Part shown: positions 26,757 to 41,125 of the stretch, one piece after another
How positions within the stretch are numbered: position 1 is the first letter of the stretch
Layout of the letters: each line of letters begins with the position of its first letter
Assembly: GCF_006345805.1 (NCBI RefSeq)
Contig: NW_021832859.1
Span: 48,708-112,707, forward strand
Source of the DNA: Octopus sinensis
Lineage: Eukaryota
Reading direction: 5' to 3'
Length of the DNA stretch: 64,000 nt
Made by a program: the position numbers and the translations under genes
Notes under the pieces: model-generated
The model's database searches: none
Told to the model about the DNA's origin: nothing
What the model saw: only the letters and a program-made list of their open reading frames with translations

Positions 26757-27386
26757 AGATATGTTATCTTCCTGTTTGAAACCCCTGAAATGTAGTGTGA
26801 CAATAGTCCGTCCGTGTTTTTTCCCTCAGTGTAAGCACCAATGTAGTCGATTCGGTTGTTAGCATGCATTTTTCACCTGTGTTAGTAATGAAAGTTTAAT
26901 GGAAAAAGAACACATTTCGAGAAGCCAGGTAAACAATATCAATTTGCTTATACGTATCGGTAACTCAGCAAAGAAATGTTACTAGCCTTGCACCATGTCC
27001 ATTAACCAAACTCTTAAACTCGTTAGTCTTTTTCAATTACTAACGAGTAAAGCACTACGTTTAGATACACGTATCACTCCTTCGCAGAATTATGCTGATT
27101 AGTATTTAGTATATATGGCAGTTTTACAGTTATGTAGATCTGGAATAATATTTTTTTTTTGCTTCCTGAAACATTTTCAATGACTTTCGTTTCAATCCGT
27201 AAGGGAGACCGCGTTTGTCTGCTTCAGATTTTGTTGCGTGTGTTCATATGTGTGCGTAACAGTGTGCGCATGTGATTGCGTACGTACGTATGTATGTATT
27301 CTGCGTATTTATGTATCTGTGTGTGTGTATTTGCGTGCAATGAACCAGAAGTACGAACACACACACACACATAATATATATACATA

Positions 27387-27799
27387 GGCGCAGGAGTGGC
27401 TGTGTGGTAAGTAGCTTGCTAACCAACCACATGGTTCCGGGTTCAGTCCCACTGCGTGGCATCTTGGGCAAGTGTCTTCTGCTATAGCCCCGGGCCGACC
27501 AATGCCTAGTGAGTGGATTTGGTAGACGGAAACTGAAAGAAGCCTGTCGTATATATGTATGTATATATATGTATATGTATGTGTATGTGTTTGTGTGTGA
27601 GTGTTTGTACACCTTGCATTGCTTGACAACCGATGCTGGTGTGTTTAAGTCCCCGTCACTTAGCGGTTCGGCAAAAGAGACCGATAGAATAAGTACTGGG
27701 CTTACAAAGAATAAGTCCTGGGGTCGATTTGTTCGACTAAAGGCGGTGCTCCAGCATGGCCGCAGTCAAATTACTGAAACATGTAAAAGAGTAAAAGAG
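27387..27799 (+). mobile_element. SINE family C
   Basis: Full length; matches the family consensus. Confidence 0.93.
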
Positions 27800-27978
27800 A
27801 AATATAATAAGAGCATAGAAAAGTTCTTGCCTATATCCTAAAAAGAGACGCTAAATCATCAAACCACATTAAATATCATCACTATTATTATCTAATGTGG
27901 TTTCACGATTTAGCATCTCCTTTCAGCAGATAGGCGAGAATTTTTTCTATGCACTTAATTATAATTGTATTTATGATT

Positions 27979-28064
27979 TCACCTTAATAGGTCTATCTTT
28001 TTATATGGTTGCCACTGATAAACAGTTTTTACAATTTCGTCCTTTTGTATTATATATACACACA

Positions 28065-28103
<39 letters not shown>

Positions 28104-28375
28104 TATATATTATATATTTTATAATATATATATCATGAATATATATGTGCATATATATATACTTATACCATGAATATATATGTGCATATATATATATAAT
28201 ATATATATATATATACATGATATATGTGCATATATATGTGAGTATATATACATATATAAAATGCGCATACATAGGAATATGCATATATAATGTTTCATAC
28301 TTAAATACACACATACATACACACACATAGAATCATATATATATATATATTTATATATAAATTATATATATATAC

Positions 28376-28436
<61 letters not shown>
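27979..28436. repeat. (TA)n-rich microsatellite
   Basis: Direct reading. Confidence 0.95.
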
Positions 28437-28439
<3 letters not shown>

Positions 28440-28680
28440 GCTTTCGTAACGCGGAGTAGATGAAACAGGGACAAGTGAAGAAGGGAAATATTCTTTATAT
28501 CGTATGTCTCATTTCTATGTTCCTGTTTTTATTTTTCGTTTCTCATTGTGTTCAACGTGTTTTTTTTATGTTCTGTATCCATACATGGATGCATATATGC
28601 ATATATATGTAGGTATGTACATAATGTATTATATATATATGCATATATTTGTATAATATTTATATTTATATATATATATA

Positions 28681-28896
28681 TACTCTTTTACTTTTTTACT
28701 TGTTTCAGTCATTTGACTGCGGCCATGCTGGAGCACCGCCTTTTTTAGTCGAGCAACTCGACCCCGGGACTTATTCTTTTTGTAAGCCCAGTACTTATTC
28801 TATCGGTCTCTTTTGCCAAACTGCTAAGTGACGGGGACGTAAACACACCAGCATCGGTTGTCAAGCAAGGCTAGAGGGACAAACTCAGACACACAA

Positions 28897-28931
<35 letters not shown>

Positions 28932-29101
28932 CATATATACGACAGGTTTCTTTCCGTTTCCGTCTACCAAATGCACACACAAGGCATTGGTCGGCCCGGA
29001 GTTATAGCAGAAGACACTTGCCCAAGATGCCACGCAGTGGGACTGAACCCGGACCATGTGGTTGGTTAGCAAGCTACTTACCACACAGCCACTCCTGCAC
29101 C
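28681..29101 (-). mobile_element. SINE family C
   Basis: Full length; matches the family consensus. Confidence 0.93.
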
Positions 29102-29340
29102 TTGATAATATATATTGATAATATAATATATATATATATTATCAATAATTAAGGGTAAAATCAATTAGTTATTATTTTTCACCAATAGTGTTCAGTATGT
29201 AAATGGACCATTCAAGGCGTATTCAGGAGATTCTTCTTAAAGTAGTAGAAAGGCTAAAGAAAATTTTTTGGGCTGCTATTTCTAAAAATTTCAATATGTG
29301 GCAAGTAAATTATTTTACTGAGCCCTTATTATATAAAGTT

Positions 29341-29402
<62 letters not shown>

Positions 29403-29403
29403 C

Positions 29404-29450
<47 letters not shown>

Positions 29451-31569
29451 CGCCTCACACATTTGGCATGAAGGAACATAAATTGTTAAACGTTTGTTTA
29501 GCAAAAGAATGGCTATATGGGATGACTCACTCTACCAGCAATATTAACGAAATCTTACCCAAAATGCATTCAACAATCAAGAAAGAAAGGAGAGCCTTGT
29601 GGACCTGGCAGTCTTTTATATTGAATGTATAACAGCATCTTCAATTTGCATGTGATTCATCTGGGGTTTACACAAATATCACCTCAGAGAGCCTCAAAGT
29701 CCATTTACTCTAAGCATTGAACTTTAATTAGTTTATGCCAATGCATTAATGGAAACTAGTTTACGACTAATTAATTAACTAATTAATTCCTTACTTTGAA
29801 CTCTTCGCTTAAGAGTTGCAATGATGCTCACGCACACATACGTACGCACTGAGAAACACTCACACGCAAACATACAGAAACTCTGACATATCCGTTAAGT
29901 ATTAAGTTTCGGAAAAAGAGAATTCAATAACATGTAAAAGTTTAATCTTTCATTTTCGTTCGGGCAGACTCATTAGTGAACAGTTTGGTGATTAAGTCAG
30001 TGTCATCAACTAAAAATATTTTAATATAATTCTAATTGTAAGATGTATTCCAATATAACAATGGTTTCTTTCCAGGGAAGAGGGTTATTTTTTTACCGCT
30101 AAATCAAAAAAAAAATTGTCTGAAAGGTACATTATGAGCTCAGCACATCTTCCCCTCTGACTTCCAGGTTTCGCCCCTAGACATAAAGCATTTTATATAA
30201 AGATCTCGTTTACTAACAGGTGAAACGGAGAGTAGCAAGAAGCTGTGAGTGGCAAGATAAAGTATCATATATACCACTGAATTTCCCGTTGTTAGTCGAC
30301 GTATGAGGGTTCGACACTTTCCTGCCTAACAACCACTCAAATAATTTGTTTATAGTGATACAAAAGTATCTCCCTTTGTTATTCATACTAATACAAGCGA
30401 CAGATTCCCGATATATTTTACTTAATTTCCTAAATTTTTAAAATGTTTATGCCTCACATTTAACAATATTCTTTACATTTAACCTAGAAGTTCTAACTTT
30501 AACTAGTACAAAATATATGTAACAAATGTTTTAATGTAAATTCTCAGACACTATATGGAGTACTATATATTTCCGTGTAGATATATTTTGATATTTTATA
30601 ATAATAATTGAAATAAAAACACGTAGCAGAAATTGAGAAATAATATCTCAGAAATGAAATATAATACGTTCATAAACATCGGATCTATTTAGCAACGTAT
30701 TGTGTTCAGTTTTTCCATATAGAATATCAGAAGAATTTCGATGCCATATGTACTTTGATTGTTGGGTTCTGAATATATTCTGTATAAATAACCGTTACTA
30801 TAATGTTCCTCATATATTTCGGTTGATTTTGCAATGTGTGAAATTGTTGCTGGCTTTCTATAATTTTTCTCACTTTCTTTTCGTGACGCTGTTAACGATC
30901 GCAGTGGTTATTAGAAACGAAACCAATAGATACAGATAGCGTTTGACAATTATAGCCAATTGTACATTAATCAGTTATACTATAAAGCCTTTAAATACCT
31001 TCATTTGGCGTCCATTCATTAAGTTGTTCTTCACTTACAATGCTATGGAAAACTGAACTACTTTACAATCAAACATATATTGGACTATCATGAAAACTAT
31101 GTCATTCTGTCCACTTTCTTCTCCTGGAACAAAAGGAAGTTATTATTACAGCGAAGTGAAATATTGGGGAAGCAAATCATTTGAAACGCTTATCTATGAT
31201 AGCTTTCCTCTATCTTAATGGTTTCGCTCTAAGAAATCAGGTGGTTTTGATGTAATGGAAGAAATTAATGGCGTCTATCTAAAAGCATACTTAGATAATC
31301 ATCCACTTCGCGCGTTCAGATGATGTGACAATAAATAGGGAAAATCTATTATAAATAAATGTTGATACCGCAAGTATGCTGTGTGACAAATAGTCACGCA
31401 TTAAAACGTGTTTCGTTTCTTGAATGATTTCGTTTCTAGAAACAATTCGTTTTAAGTCTATGGCTTATCTAACGGAGAAGATTAACATGTTGATGCCAGA
31501 TAATAATTGAACTTCGTACAAAACGGGTATTTTCTTTTGTATTGTCAATCTAGCATTAAGTAGCTGTTA

Positions 31570-31885
31570 TATAAGTATGTATATATATATATATGTACTT
31601 AAAATATGCGTATGTATATTATATATATATATATATGGATATATGTCCAGATATTTATGTATATACGCATATATTACATATGTGTGCAAGTGTGTACATA
31701 TATTTAGATATGGATATATATGTATGTGCGTGTAATTATATAGATATATATATATACTCACATATATACGTAATATATATATATGCATACATATACATAC
31801 ACATATATATATGCATATATATATATACATATACATACACACACACATATAAATACATATATATACACATATATATATATTTTGT
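31570..31885. repeat. Degenerate (TA)n microsatellite
   Basis: Direct reading. Confidence 0.9.
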
Positions 31886-32314
31886 ATATCTACCTTCCTG
31901 TTTGCAAAGAACACTAATCTATTGCGTGTATTAACTCTACCCATAAGAATCATAGCTCTCTTTGAACTAAATAGGTTATTCCCGTATTAACCATCTAGCG
32001 TGTATCATAAACCATAAAATATCAGCCATAAACTCGCCAATAGAATCCTAAAAATACAAAACAAAACAAAAATAAATAAAAAAAAATTAGAAGAAAAGAA
32101 ATCATGATCCAACGAGTTAGTCAGTCGTGATAGAAAATAATAATCGACGTAAAGAAAACTCAAAGTTCTTGCGTATAAATCTTCTCTATTACTGGATAAA
32201 TGTTTCCCCATTGTTCCAAACATGGGAGCAAAATATATTATGAGTAGGTATACACTTATAATAAAACAGCCCAAAAAGGAGACTGAATATATGTGTGTAT
32301 ATATATATATATAT

Positions 32315-32716
32315 TACTCTTTACTCTTTTACTTGTTTCAGTCATTTGACTGCGGCCATGCTGGAGCACCGCCTTTAGTCGAGCAAATCGACCCCGGGAC
32401 TTATTCTTTGTAAGCCCAGTACTTATTCTATCGGTCTCTTTTGCCGAACCGCTAAGTGACAGGGACGTAAACACACCAGCATCGGTTGTCAAGCAATGCT
32501 AGGGGGACAAACACACATACATAAACACACACACACACATATATATACATATATACGACAGGCTTCTTTCATTTTCCGTCTACCAAATCCACTCACAAGG
32601 CATTGGTCGGCCCGGGGCTATAGCAGAAGACACTTGCCCAAGATGCCACGCAGTGGGACTGAACCCGGAACCATGTGGTTGGTTAGCAAGCTACTTACCA
32701 CACAGCCACTCCTGCG

Positions 32717-32718
<2 letters not shown>
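32315..32718 (-). mobile_element. SINE family C
   Basis: Full length; head abuts a ~250-bp (TA)n tract. Confidence 0.93.
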
Positions 32719-32773
<55 letters not shown>

Positions 32774-32819
32774 TACACGCATATATATATATAATACACG
32801 CATATATATACACACACAG

Positions 32820-32857
<38 letters not shown>

Positions 32858-32897
32858 CACGCATATATATGCATATATATACACACAACAGATATAT

Positions 32898-32970
<73 letters not shown>

Positions 32971-32976
<6 letters not shown>

Positions 32977-33782
32977 TTGGACAAAATAATGAAAACACCT
33001 TACAATTTCAAACAATATATTTTAATATGGTGTTTAATATTCTATGACGTATGAACTTGTATAAAGTTTGAATTGTTTCCAAAGGAATTTGTGTCCTTTC
33101 TTCAGCGAAAATAGTCTCCAGTTCTTGTAGTGATGATGGTGGAGGATACCGACTCCTTACGTGTCTTTCTAAAATGCACCATAGATGTTCAATAATATTG
33201 AAATCTGGGGACTGTGTTGGCAAGGTAAGATGTTCAACTGCACTAGAATGTTCCTTCTGCTATGTAGTAACAAATTTAGCTGTGTGAATTGATGCATAAT
33301 CATGCTGAAAGTTTGCGCCTCCCCCCGGAAACAGTTCTGCAACCATAGGATGAATTTGATCAGATAAAATGCTTAAACTGTCTTGACTATTAATTTTACT
33401 ATGAAGGGAAACCATTGGGCCGACGAATTTCCAAGATATAGCCCCCTAGATCATCACAGATCCTCATCTATGTTGAGCAGTTGGAAGAAGGCAGTCTCGG
33501 TCAAGTGCTTCTGTTGACTGTTTCCACGCGTATACTCGGCCAGTGGTCGGAAATAAGGTAAAGGATGACTCGTCCGAGAAAATATTCCACTGCTCTAGGG
33601 ACCAATTCGTAGGTTTTTAATTCAATCTAAACGCTTTGCAACGTTTTCTTTTGAAAGTGGTGATTTTCTGATTGTAGCTCTCCCGTGAAATCCAGCTTTG
33701 TGCAACTCCCGGCGAACAGTTTTTGTAGAAACTGGGTTCTCGAGGTTGTCATTAAGCTCTGCAGTAATTTTGGGAGTCAATT
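32971..33782 (-). mobile_element. Decayed Tc1-type (DD34E) transposon, 5'-truncated
   Basis: TIR-like TAGGGTTTGGACAAAATAATGAAAACACC. Motifs VSTKTVRRELHKAGF, FSDESSF, FQHD and QSPDFNIIEHLW. Confidence 0.88.
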
Positions 33783-33789
33783 TATACAA

Positions 33790-33843
33790 TTACAAAGCAA
33801 ACTCAAAATTTTAATGATAAAATTAATAATAATAATAGTAATC

Positions 33844-33876
<33 letters not shown>

Positions 33877-34280
33877 CTAATGGCAATAATAATATAACAA
33901 TAATAATAATGATAGTAATAATATTAATGATAGTGAAAATAATATTATTATTAATAATATCAATGATAATAATGATATTATTAACAATAATAATATTAAT
34001 AACAATAGCTATAATAACAATAATATTAACAATAATATTAATAACAGTAAACATTAATAACAATATGAATAATAATAATATTAATAACAACAATAATAAT
34101 ATTAATAGCAATAATATTAACAGTATTAATAATAATATTAACATTAATATTAATAACAATATTAATAATATTAATAATATAATAAGAATAATAATGTTAA
34201 TAACAATAATAATAATATTAATAACAATAATATTAATAACAATATTAACAACAATAATACTAAAGATAATTATATGGAAA
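33790..34280. repeat. Long degenerate (AAT)n
   Basis: Direct reading. Confidence 0.95.
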
Positions 34281-34410
34281 AATGTGAGCATGAAAATTCA
34301 TATTCTTAATAGTAAAGAATAAGAAACTTTTTACTTAAAGTATTGCAGCAAAGAATGCCAGTTCTTCTAATTTATCATTCTTTACAGTTCTCATCTTTTA
34401 AATTTATTGT

Positions 34411-35611
34411 ATTAGGTTGTCAAGAAACTTTTTTCTGGCTTTTAACCTTAAAATTCAGATGCGCATATCTCAGCTCAAACAAAACTGTATTAATTGAAAT
34501 AAACACTATCAGAATCAACACACTTTTCCCAAAGCCAAATAATTTTATTTATGCCAGTAGCGTAAAAATCTTGCTTTCTGTTGGCGATGAAGTCGTTGAA
34601 AGTGTGTTTGCCATCAACTTGGTTTTTGAAGCATTTCTCATGCAGGATTTTGTGGAGATGCTTGAAAAAGTAGTAGTCGGTAGGTGAGAGGTCTGGTGCG
34701 AAGGGCGGATGAGGCAGAGTTTCGTAGCCTAATTCTTTCAACTTCTGGAAGGTTAGTTATGCGACGTGCGGCCGAGTGTTGTCGTGGAGAAGAATTGCTC
34801 CTTTTCTATTGACCAATGCTGACCGTTGTTGTCGGAGTTTCTTATGCATTTCATCCATTTGTTGACAGTACTTCCAAGCTGTAATGGTCTAGCTTGGATC
34901 CAAAAAGCTGTGATGGATGAGACCGACAGCAGACTACCAAACAGTCACCTTGACCTTTTTTGGTGCAATTTTGGCTTCGTCAAGTGGTGTGGAGCTTCGG
35001 TGGCGTCCAACCACTTAGCTGAGCGTCACCGGTTGTCATAAAGAATTCACTTTTCTTTGCAAGTCACAATCCGGTTGAGAAACAGGTCATTCTTGTTGCC
35101 TAAAAATTGGGAAGACGACACTTCCAAATGGCGTTTTTTATGTGGGGTGGGGGTTGTCGTTCAATTTGTGTGACACCTATTTCTCAAGTATTTTTGTTTT
35201 TCCAATCTCTTTCAAGTGGTTGGAAATTGTCGTAAACATTACGTCTAATTCAGAAGCAAGCTCTCGAACAGTTGTGCGTGGATTGGTTTCGACTAAGGCT
35301 CTTAGTTGATCGTTGTCAACATCCGACCACTACGCTTATCTTCTTCAAGACACTCGTCATCGCTAAGAAATTCTCGAACCACCATTGTGCTGTACGTTCA
35401 TTAGTGGTTCCTGCACTAAACACATCGTTGATATCGCGAGCTGCTTCAGCAGCTTTTCGGCCTAGCCTGAACTGGAATAGAAAATTGCGCGAAATTGCTT
35501 TTTGTCCATGTTGTATTCAACGTTCCGGAAAAATGGCCTAATTATTCAAAAAGAAAAAGAGTAACACTATTAGATGGAGGGTAAAACGAGCTTTAAAAAG
35601 ATATATTCCTA
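34411..35611 (-). mobile_element. Decayed mariner (Hsmar1/cecropia-like N-terminus)
   Basis: MDKKQFRAIF..GRKAAEAARDINDVF..TNERTAQWWF near 35510 and HPPFAPDLSPTDYYFFKHL. TIR-like ATTAGGTTGTCAAGAAAC at 34411; the 5' TIR is not found. Confidence 0.88.
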
Positions 35612-35701
35612 GGCGGAATTTGAGCTCAGAACGTAGCGGCAGACGAAAAACCGCTTAGCATTTCGCCTGGCGTGCTAACGTTTCTGCCAGCTCGCCGCCT
35701 T
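35612..35701 (-). mobile_element. Family-B SINE, 5' half only
   Basis: Head through the B-box present; core and tail absent. Confidence 0.85.
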
Positions 35702-36124
35702 AGAAAGAATCCTTTAATTTTATAAATATACTTTATTCTTATTGTTTAAGGGTTACTCCCTTACTTACTGACACGAAATTCCCTAACATTTTACTCATAA
35801 CCCTTTTTAACAGAATTTTTGTTCAATGCGACTAGCGGTTTTGAATTCCTCATGTATTTTTCTATAATTTAAGACTAAGAGAGGCATACATTTAATTTAA
35901 AATTAATAAATTTACGTTAATTGAAGATGAATATCTGCCTCACTGCCCTTTCCCCCTTGAAATCGCAGATATTTTGACGTAACTTTTTTTTTTACTGAAC
36001 TAAATCTTAAACTATTTATGCCAAAGTGTAGCTGATGGGGTGTCTAGTAGGTTTGCAATTTAGTTGAGAACTTAATTAGTGGTGAAGTTTGAAAGCTGCT
36101 GCGATTGACGAAATGGTGGACTTA

Positions 36125-36455
36125 AAAATATATTCAACCACGCTAGTGGTTGAATGATAATGATAATATTAATAAAAACAATAATAATAATAACAATATT
36201 AATAGCAATAATAATAGAAATAATATTAATAACGACAACATTAACAATAATAATATTAACAATAATAATAATAATAACAACAACAATAATAATACCAATA
36301 ATAACAACAACAATAGTAATAATGCTAATACTAACAACAACTATAATATAATATTAATAATAATCTTAACAGCAATAATATTGAAAACAATATTAACAAT
36401 ATTGATAACAATAATAACAATGATAATAATAACAACAACAATAATAAGCGCATAT
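36125..36455. repeat. Degenerate (AAT/AAC)n
   Basis: Direct reading. Confidence 0.95.
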
Positions 36456-37314
36456 TAGTTAATCAAATCCTTCTCGGGTACATTTGATCCTCTTACATGG
36501 GTGTGGTTGTGAACTTGGTTGGTTGGAGTTGGGCCAGTTCTCGTTCAAGTGAACATCCAAGTTTGTATCCAGTGAGTTTCTTCGCCCTCTGTGTTGGGAA
36601 GACACTTGATAAGAAATGGAAACAAAATGTAGAGAAAATAAAAAAAACAGCTGTAAAAATGATAAGTAGAAGAATGAAAAGAACAGGAAGATGAAAAAGA
36701 GGATGAGGAAGAGGAGGTGGAAATGTACTTGGGAGTGTGACAGAAAATATATCTCTATTTCAGACTGGTGGATAAGACGTTTAGCTGAATGGAAATACCT
36801 GGATGCATAACGTTTTAGATTGATGAGTGTGCATATATATGCAAATATATATGTGTATATATATATATATAAGCAAATATACATACGTGCACATTATTGC
36901 ACACAACGTACGTTCTTCTTTTCTCCTACACATACACTCATACGATTCTTCCTGATATGCACACGAGCTTACGCGCACGGATTTTTAGCGGGGCACTATT
37001 ATCTCCCCTTCCATTCAACCTCTTCCGTGTGGTCATTTAAGCATGTGAAACCATTAATCCAGACATAATTTTTCCTCTCCCCGTTTTCTTCCATTGGTTC
37101 CGTTTCTTTCCTCAGTTCTTTCTATCGAAGAGTGCTGGCTCGAGATGTCGAAAATTTTCCATTTTTTCCTCGACATCAAAATAATACGCATCATTTGTTC
37201 TTCCCCTATCTGTTTCTTTCTATTGATTTTTCTACATTCAAAGTCTCTCTCTCTTTCTGTGTATATATATATATATATATATACACATATGTGTGTGCGT
37301 CTTTGTATATATAA

Positions 37315-37709
37315 CTAGCAGTATCGCCCGGCGTTGCCCGGGTTTGTAAGGGAAATAACTATATAAGCATTTTTAGAGATGTAAAGTATAATAGCCATCT
37401 CAATATGGCTAACCACAAAGGGGGGGATGATACTGTAGCTTTTTATGTTCTGAGATTTAATAATAAATTTTTAGAGAGTTACTTCCTTATATATGCCAAA
37501 AATGCATTAAAAATGGGAAAAATTGATGGTAATTTTTTTTTAAATCGCAGACTCATCGTAGACACGCGCTAATACCCAGAAGGGCTCGATATGAATCACG
37601 ACTATAAGATACCCGGTTTTGGTTAAACTGCACCGCAAAATGTGGGAGTAGTTAGGAATCTAAATCGTAGGAGACAGACAACACACAACCTCACTTTTAT
37701 ATATAAAGA
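37315..37709 (-). mobile_element. Non-autonomous Helitron, homologue of 12690-13066
   Basis: A|CTAGCAGTATCGCCCGGCGTTGCCCGGG...TATATAAAGA|T on the plus strand. Confidence 0.85.
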
Positions 37710-38277
37710 TATTTTGTTTTTCGTTTTGCGCTAAGTCGCTATCACGGTATCAGAATTTTAGACTGTCCTCAAACGATACAAAGTACGCCAAACCGTTCTT
37801 AGAGAACCTGCACTATTTGTATATGAACAGGGTAAATTATAATGGATGGAGGCGTATTAGATGCAATAAAGAAGTCAAACCAAATAGTGATATTAGGGAA
37901 TTGCTTAATGTTTACGTTTCAGGGTGGCGTTTCAATCACTTTATGTACAGTTGATTTGGAGAGGTTGATTCGGTTTTATGATCAGCTTAATTATTGGCTC
38001 CTGAATGAGTAGAAATGGATGATAATTCGAAAGTGGCGTGTAACTTTCACTTTACTTATAAATGGAATTCCATGCAATCTTTGAATCCAGCACACGGATG
38101 GATGTCTCTAAATTTTACGTCTATTTAAATTCCCTTGCAAAGCATGAGTCAATCCAACACCTAATACATTTACATTTACATTTGTAAATGATGCCAAACA
38201 GTATGATCGAACTCGGGCCATCGTGGAATATGAAAGAAATTATTCATTCTTTAAACATATTTCATGAACCAAATACC

Positions 38278-38655
38278 TATTTCTTTACTACCCACAAGGG
38301 GCTAAACACAGAGGGGACAAACAAGGACTGACAAACGGATAAAGTCAATTATATCGACTCCAGTGCGTAACTGGTACTTAATTCATCGACGCCGAAAGGA
38401 TGAAAGGCAAAGTCGACCTCGGCGGAATTTGAACTCGGAACGTAGCGACAGACGGGGGCTAAACACAGAGGGGACAAACAAACGGATTAAGTCGATTACA
38501 TTGACCCCAGTGCGTAACTGGAACTTAATTTATCGACCCCGAAAGGATGAAAGGCAAAGTCGACCTCGGCGGAATTTGAACTCGGAACGTAGCGACAGAC
38601 GAAATACGCTAAGCATTTTGCCCGGTGTCCTAACGTTTCTACCAGCTCGCCGCCT
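38278..38655 (-). mobile_element. SINE family B with an internal ~170-bp duplication
   Basis: Two cores inside one TSD (ATGAACCAAATACC at 38264-38277 and 38657-38670). Confidence 0.9.
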
Positions 38656-38779
38656 AATGAACCAAATACCAAATATATAACACACACAGGCAATATATTA
38701 GTCACTCTCCACTCTCTATCTCTCTCTCTCTGTATATATATATGTCTTTAATTTCGAGCATGCGCATTGTCTCTTTTTG

Positions 38780-39709
38780 CTTTTATCGACTATCCAGTAT
38801 AATGGTTTCAACTGAGCACCGTCTGTGAGAAAAACAGCAACATGACGCAATTCACTCTGCCAGAAATTTGGAAACGTTGTACAGCTTGTTATTCGCGCCG
38901 AAAGCTCCAATACGAACGCCTCAAAGTGTTTGGGTGTCAATCAGAAGATAGTGCAATCTAAGGAGATATACCGAGAATGACAAAATCATGGTTTCTGGAT
39001 TGATCACTAGTGATGACAACATTTTGCCTCCATTCATCTTCCACACGGCCTAAGACTCCACACAGAGGCCTACATGTTATTGGTGGAGGCGCAATGGCCC
39101 AGTTGTTAGGGCAGCGGACTCGCGGTCATAGGATCGCGGTTTCGATTCCCAGACCGAGCGTTGTGAGTGTTTATTGAGCGAAAACACCTAAAAGCTCCAC
39201 GAGGCTCCGGCAGAGGATGGTGGTGATCCCTGCTGTACTCTTTCACCACAACTTTCTCTCACTCTTACTTCCTGTTTCTGTTGTACCTGTATTTCAAGGG
39301 GCCGGCCTTGTCACTCTCTGTGTCATGCTGAATATCCCCGAGAACACGTTAATTTCACGAGCAGGCTGTTCGATTGATTTGGATCAACCGGAACCCTCGT
39401 CGTCGTAACCGACGGAGTGCTTCCACAGTGCTGTCCTGAGTCAAGAGCGTGGCTGCTGGAACACCTTGTATTCTGGCAACAAGGATTTGCACGATATCAC
39501 ACAAGCAGCAAACCCCAGTCATGGTTACCAGACAATTTCTACGACCACGTAACCCCTAACATCTGACCACATAACTCTCCAAACAGCAAACCCCTTGAAT
39601 ATCACGTGTGGGGCGCAGTTAAGCGAGAGATCAACAAAACTCCTTGTAACACCAAAATGAAATGAAGGCAAAGATCACGGCATTATTCACCAAATTAAAC
39701 AAGGAAGCC
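38780..39709 (+). mobile_element. Internally deleted maT (DD37D-like) transposon interrupted by SINE A
   Basis: MTQFTLPEIWKR at 38842, IMVSGLITSDDNILPPFIF, then after the SINE WQQGFARYHTS...YHVWGAVKREINKTPCNTK. Confidence 0.8.
39083..39426 (+). mobile_element. SINE family A, tail type 1, with a 43-bp deletion
   Basis: Co-linear with 1-365 and 60229-60610. Confidence 0.92.
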
Positions 39710-40559
39710 GAGGAAGCAGCAGCCAGAAGTCCCTCTGTACCAGTGATCTTACAAAGGGATGGAGTGCTCACTCCATTGGACAACCAAGGAAATGCAAGGA
39801 AAGAATACGATCACAAACATAAAGAACGAAGGTGGGAAAAAGGAAGAGATGAAACAGCTAAAACCGAAACCCCAAACCACCAACTAACAAACTGAAAACT
39901 CAAATATGGAGGCTCCAATGGAATCTAAAACCCCAGAGGAGAGAAGAAATTTGGAGTGAAGTCAAGGATATGCAAATTATATCCTTCTAGGCAAATGTTG
40001 GCATAGGGGGACGGTACAAACTGCCAGATAGTTCACCTGAGACCACATCAAGCTACAGCGAGCTTAAGGAGAAATACTGCCCTGACGAAAGGCACCAATC
40101 GTCTCCAAAGAAAAAGTATACCAATGCAGTGGACACTTCAGATTTTATACCCAAACAGCAACTGAGCAAGCGTCTTTTTGTGCATGGTGCAAAGATTGTA
40201 CAGCAGCTGACCTGGCTACATTTAGCGCAAACAACGAACCTTGTTTACCATTGCGCAAAAACCACCACAATCAAGCTATTCTAGAAACAACGGTAACACG
40301 CTTTAGCCATTTACTACTGTGCACTATGCTTAAATTATAAATTAAATGCATTAAACTGCTACCATATAATTTGTTTTGTTCATCTGTTTTAATATATTTA
40401 AATATACCTTATCCTTTTGAGGAAGAGCTACTTCTAGCCATCTTTGACAGACGGTTTCAACACTCTCTTCTTCGATGCACATCAAACAGAGGTTTTAGTG
40501 GAAAATCAAACTGAGTACTTATAACATATAGCTAATACTTTACGTCTTAGACAAAAACC

Positions 40560-40656
40560 ATTTATATATATATATATATAATATATATATATATTATATA
40601 TATATATATATATATATGTATATGTATGTATGTATGTGTGTGTGTGTGTCTGTCTG

Positions 40657-40689
<33 letters not shown>

Positions 40690-40968
40690 GTGCGTGCGTG
40701 CGTGTCTCTTTCTCTCTCTCTATATTATAGGTAGTCATAAATATTCCCAAATACTTCGACAATGTGTGTATCAAATATAACAAAAAACGAAAAGAAATGA
40801 TAATTGCCAATCGAAGACACATGTCAAGAATAAAATAAATTCTATTTATCATCTGCAAGTAAATTACTTCAAGAAATATACGTACACACGCATGCACACA
40901 CACATACAGATGCACACCACACACACAAACACGCACGTATACACACGCTCACACAAATGAACTGTCAC

Positions 40969-41012
<44 letters not shown>

Positions 41013-41064
41013 GTGTGTGTGTGGTGTGTATGTATCACATATACATATATATATATATATATAT

Positions 41065-41103
<39 letters not shown>

Positions 41104-41125
41104 TATATACATATATACGTATATG
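40560..41125. repeat. (TA)n/(TG)n/(CA)n microsatellite cluster
   Basis: Direct reading. Confidence 0.9.

Noticed and set aside
33842-34322. Poly-N/I/L ORFs (also 36143-36458 and 9277-9763)
   Set aside because: They are trinucleotide repeat translations.
36497-36588. Candidate 92-bp minus-strand exon with AG/GT boundaries (GRRNSLDTNLD...)
   Set aside because: Its acceptor end overlaps a motif shared with the repeat fragment at 55252-55306, so a repeat origin is more likely.
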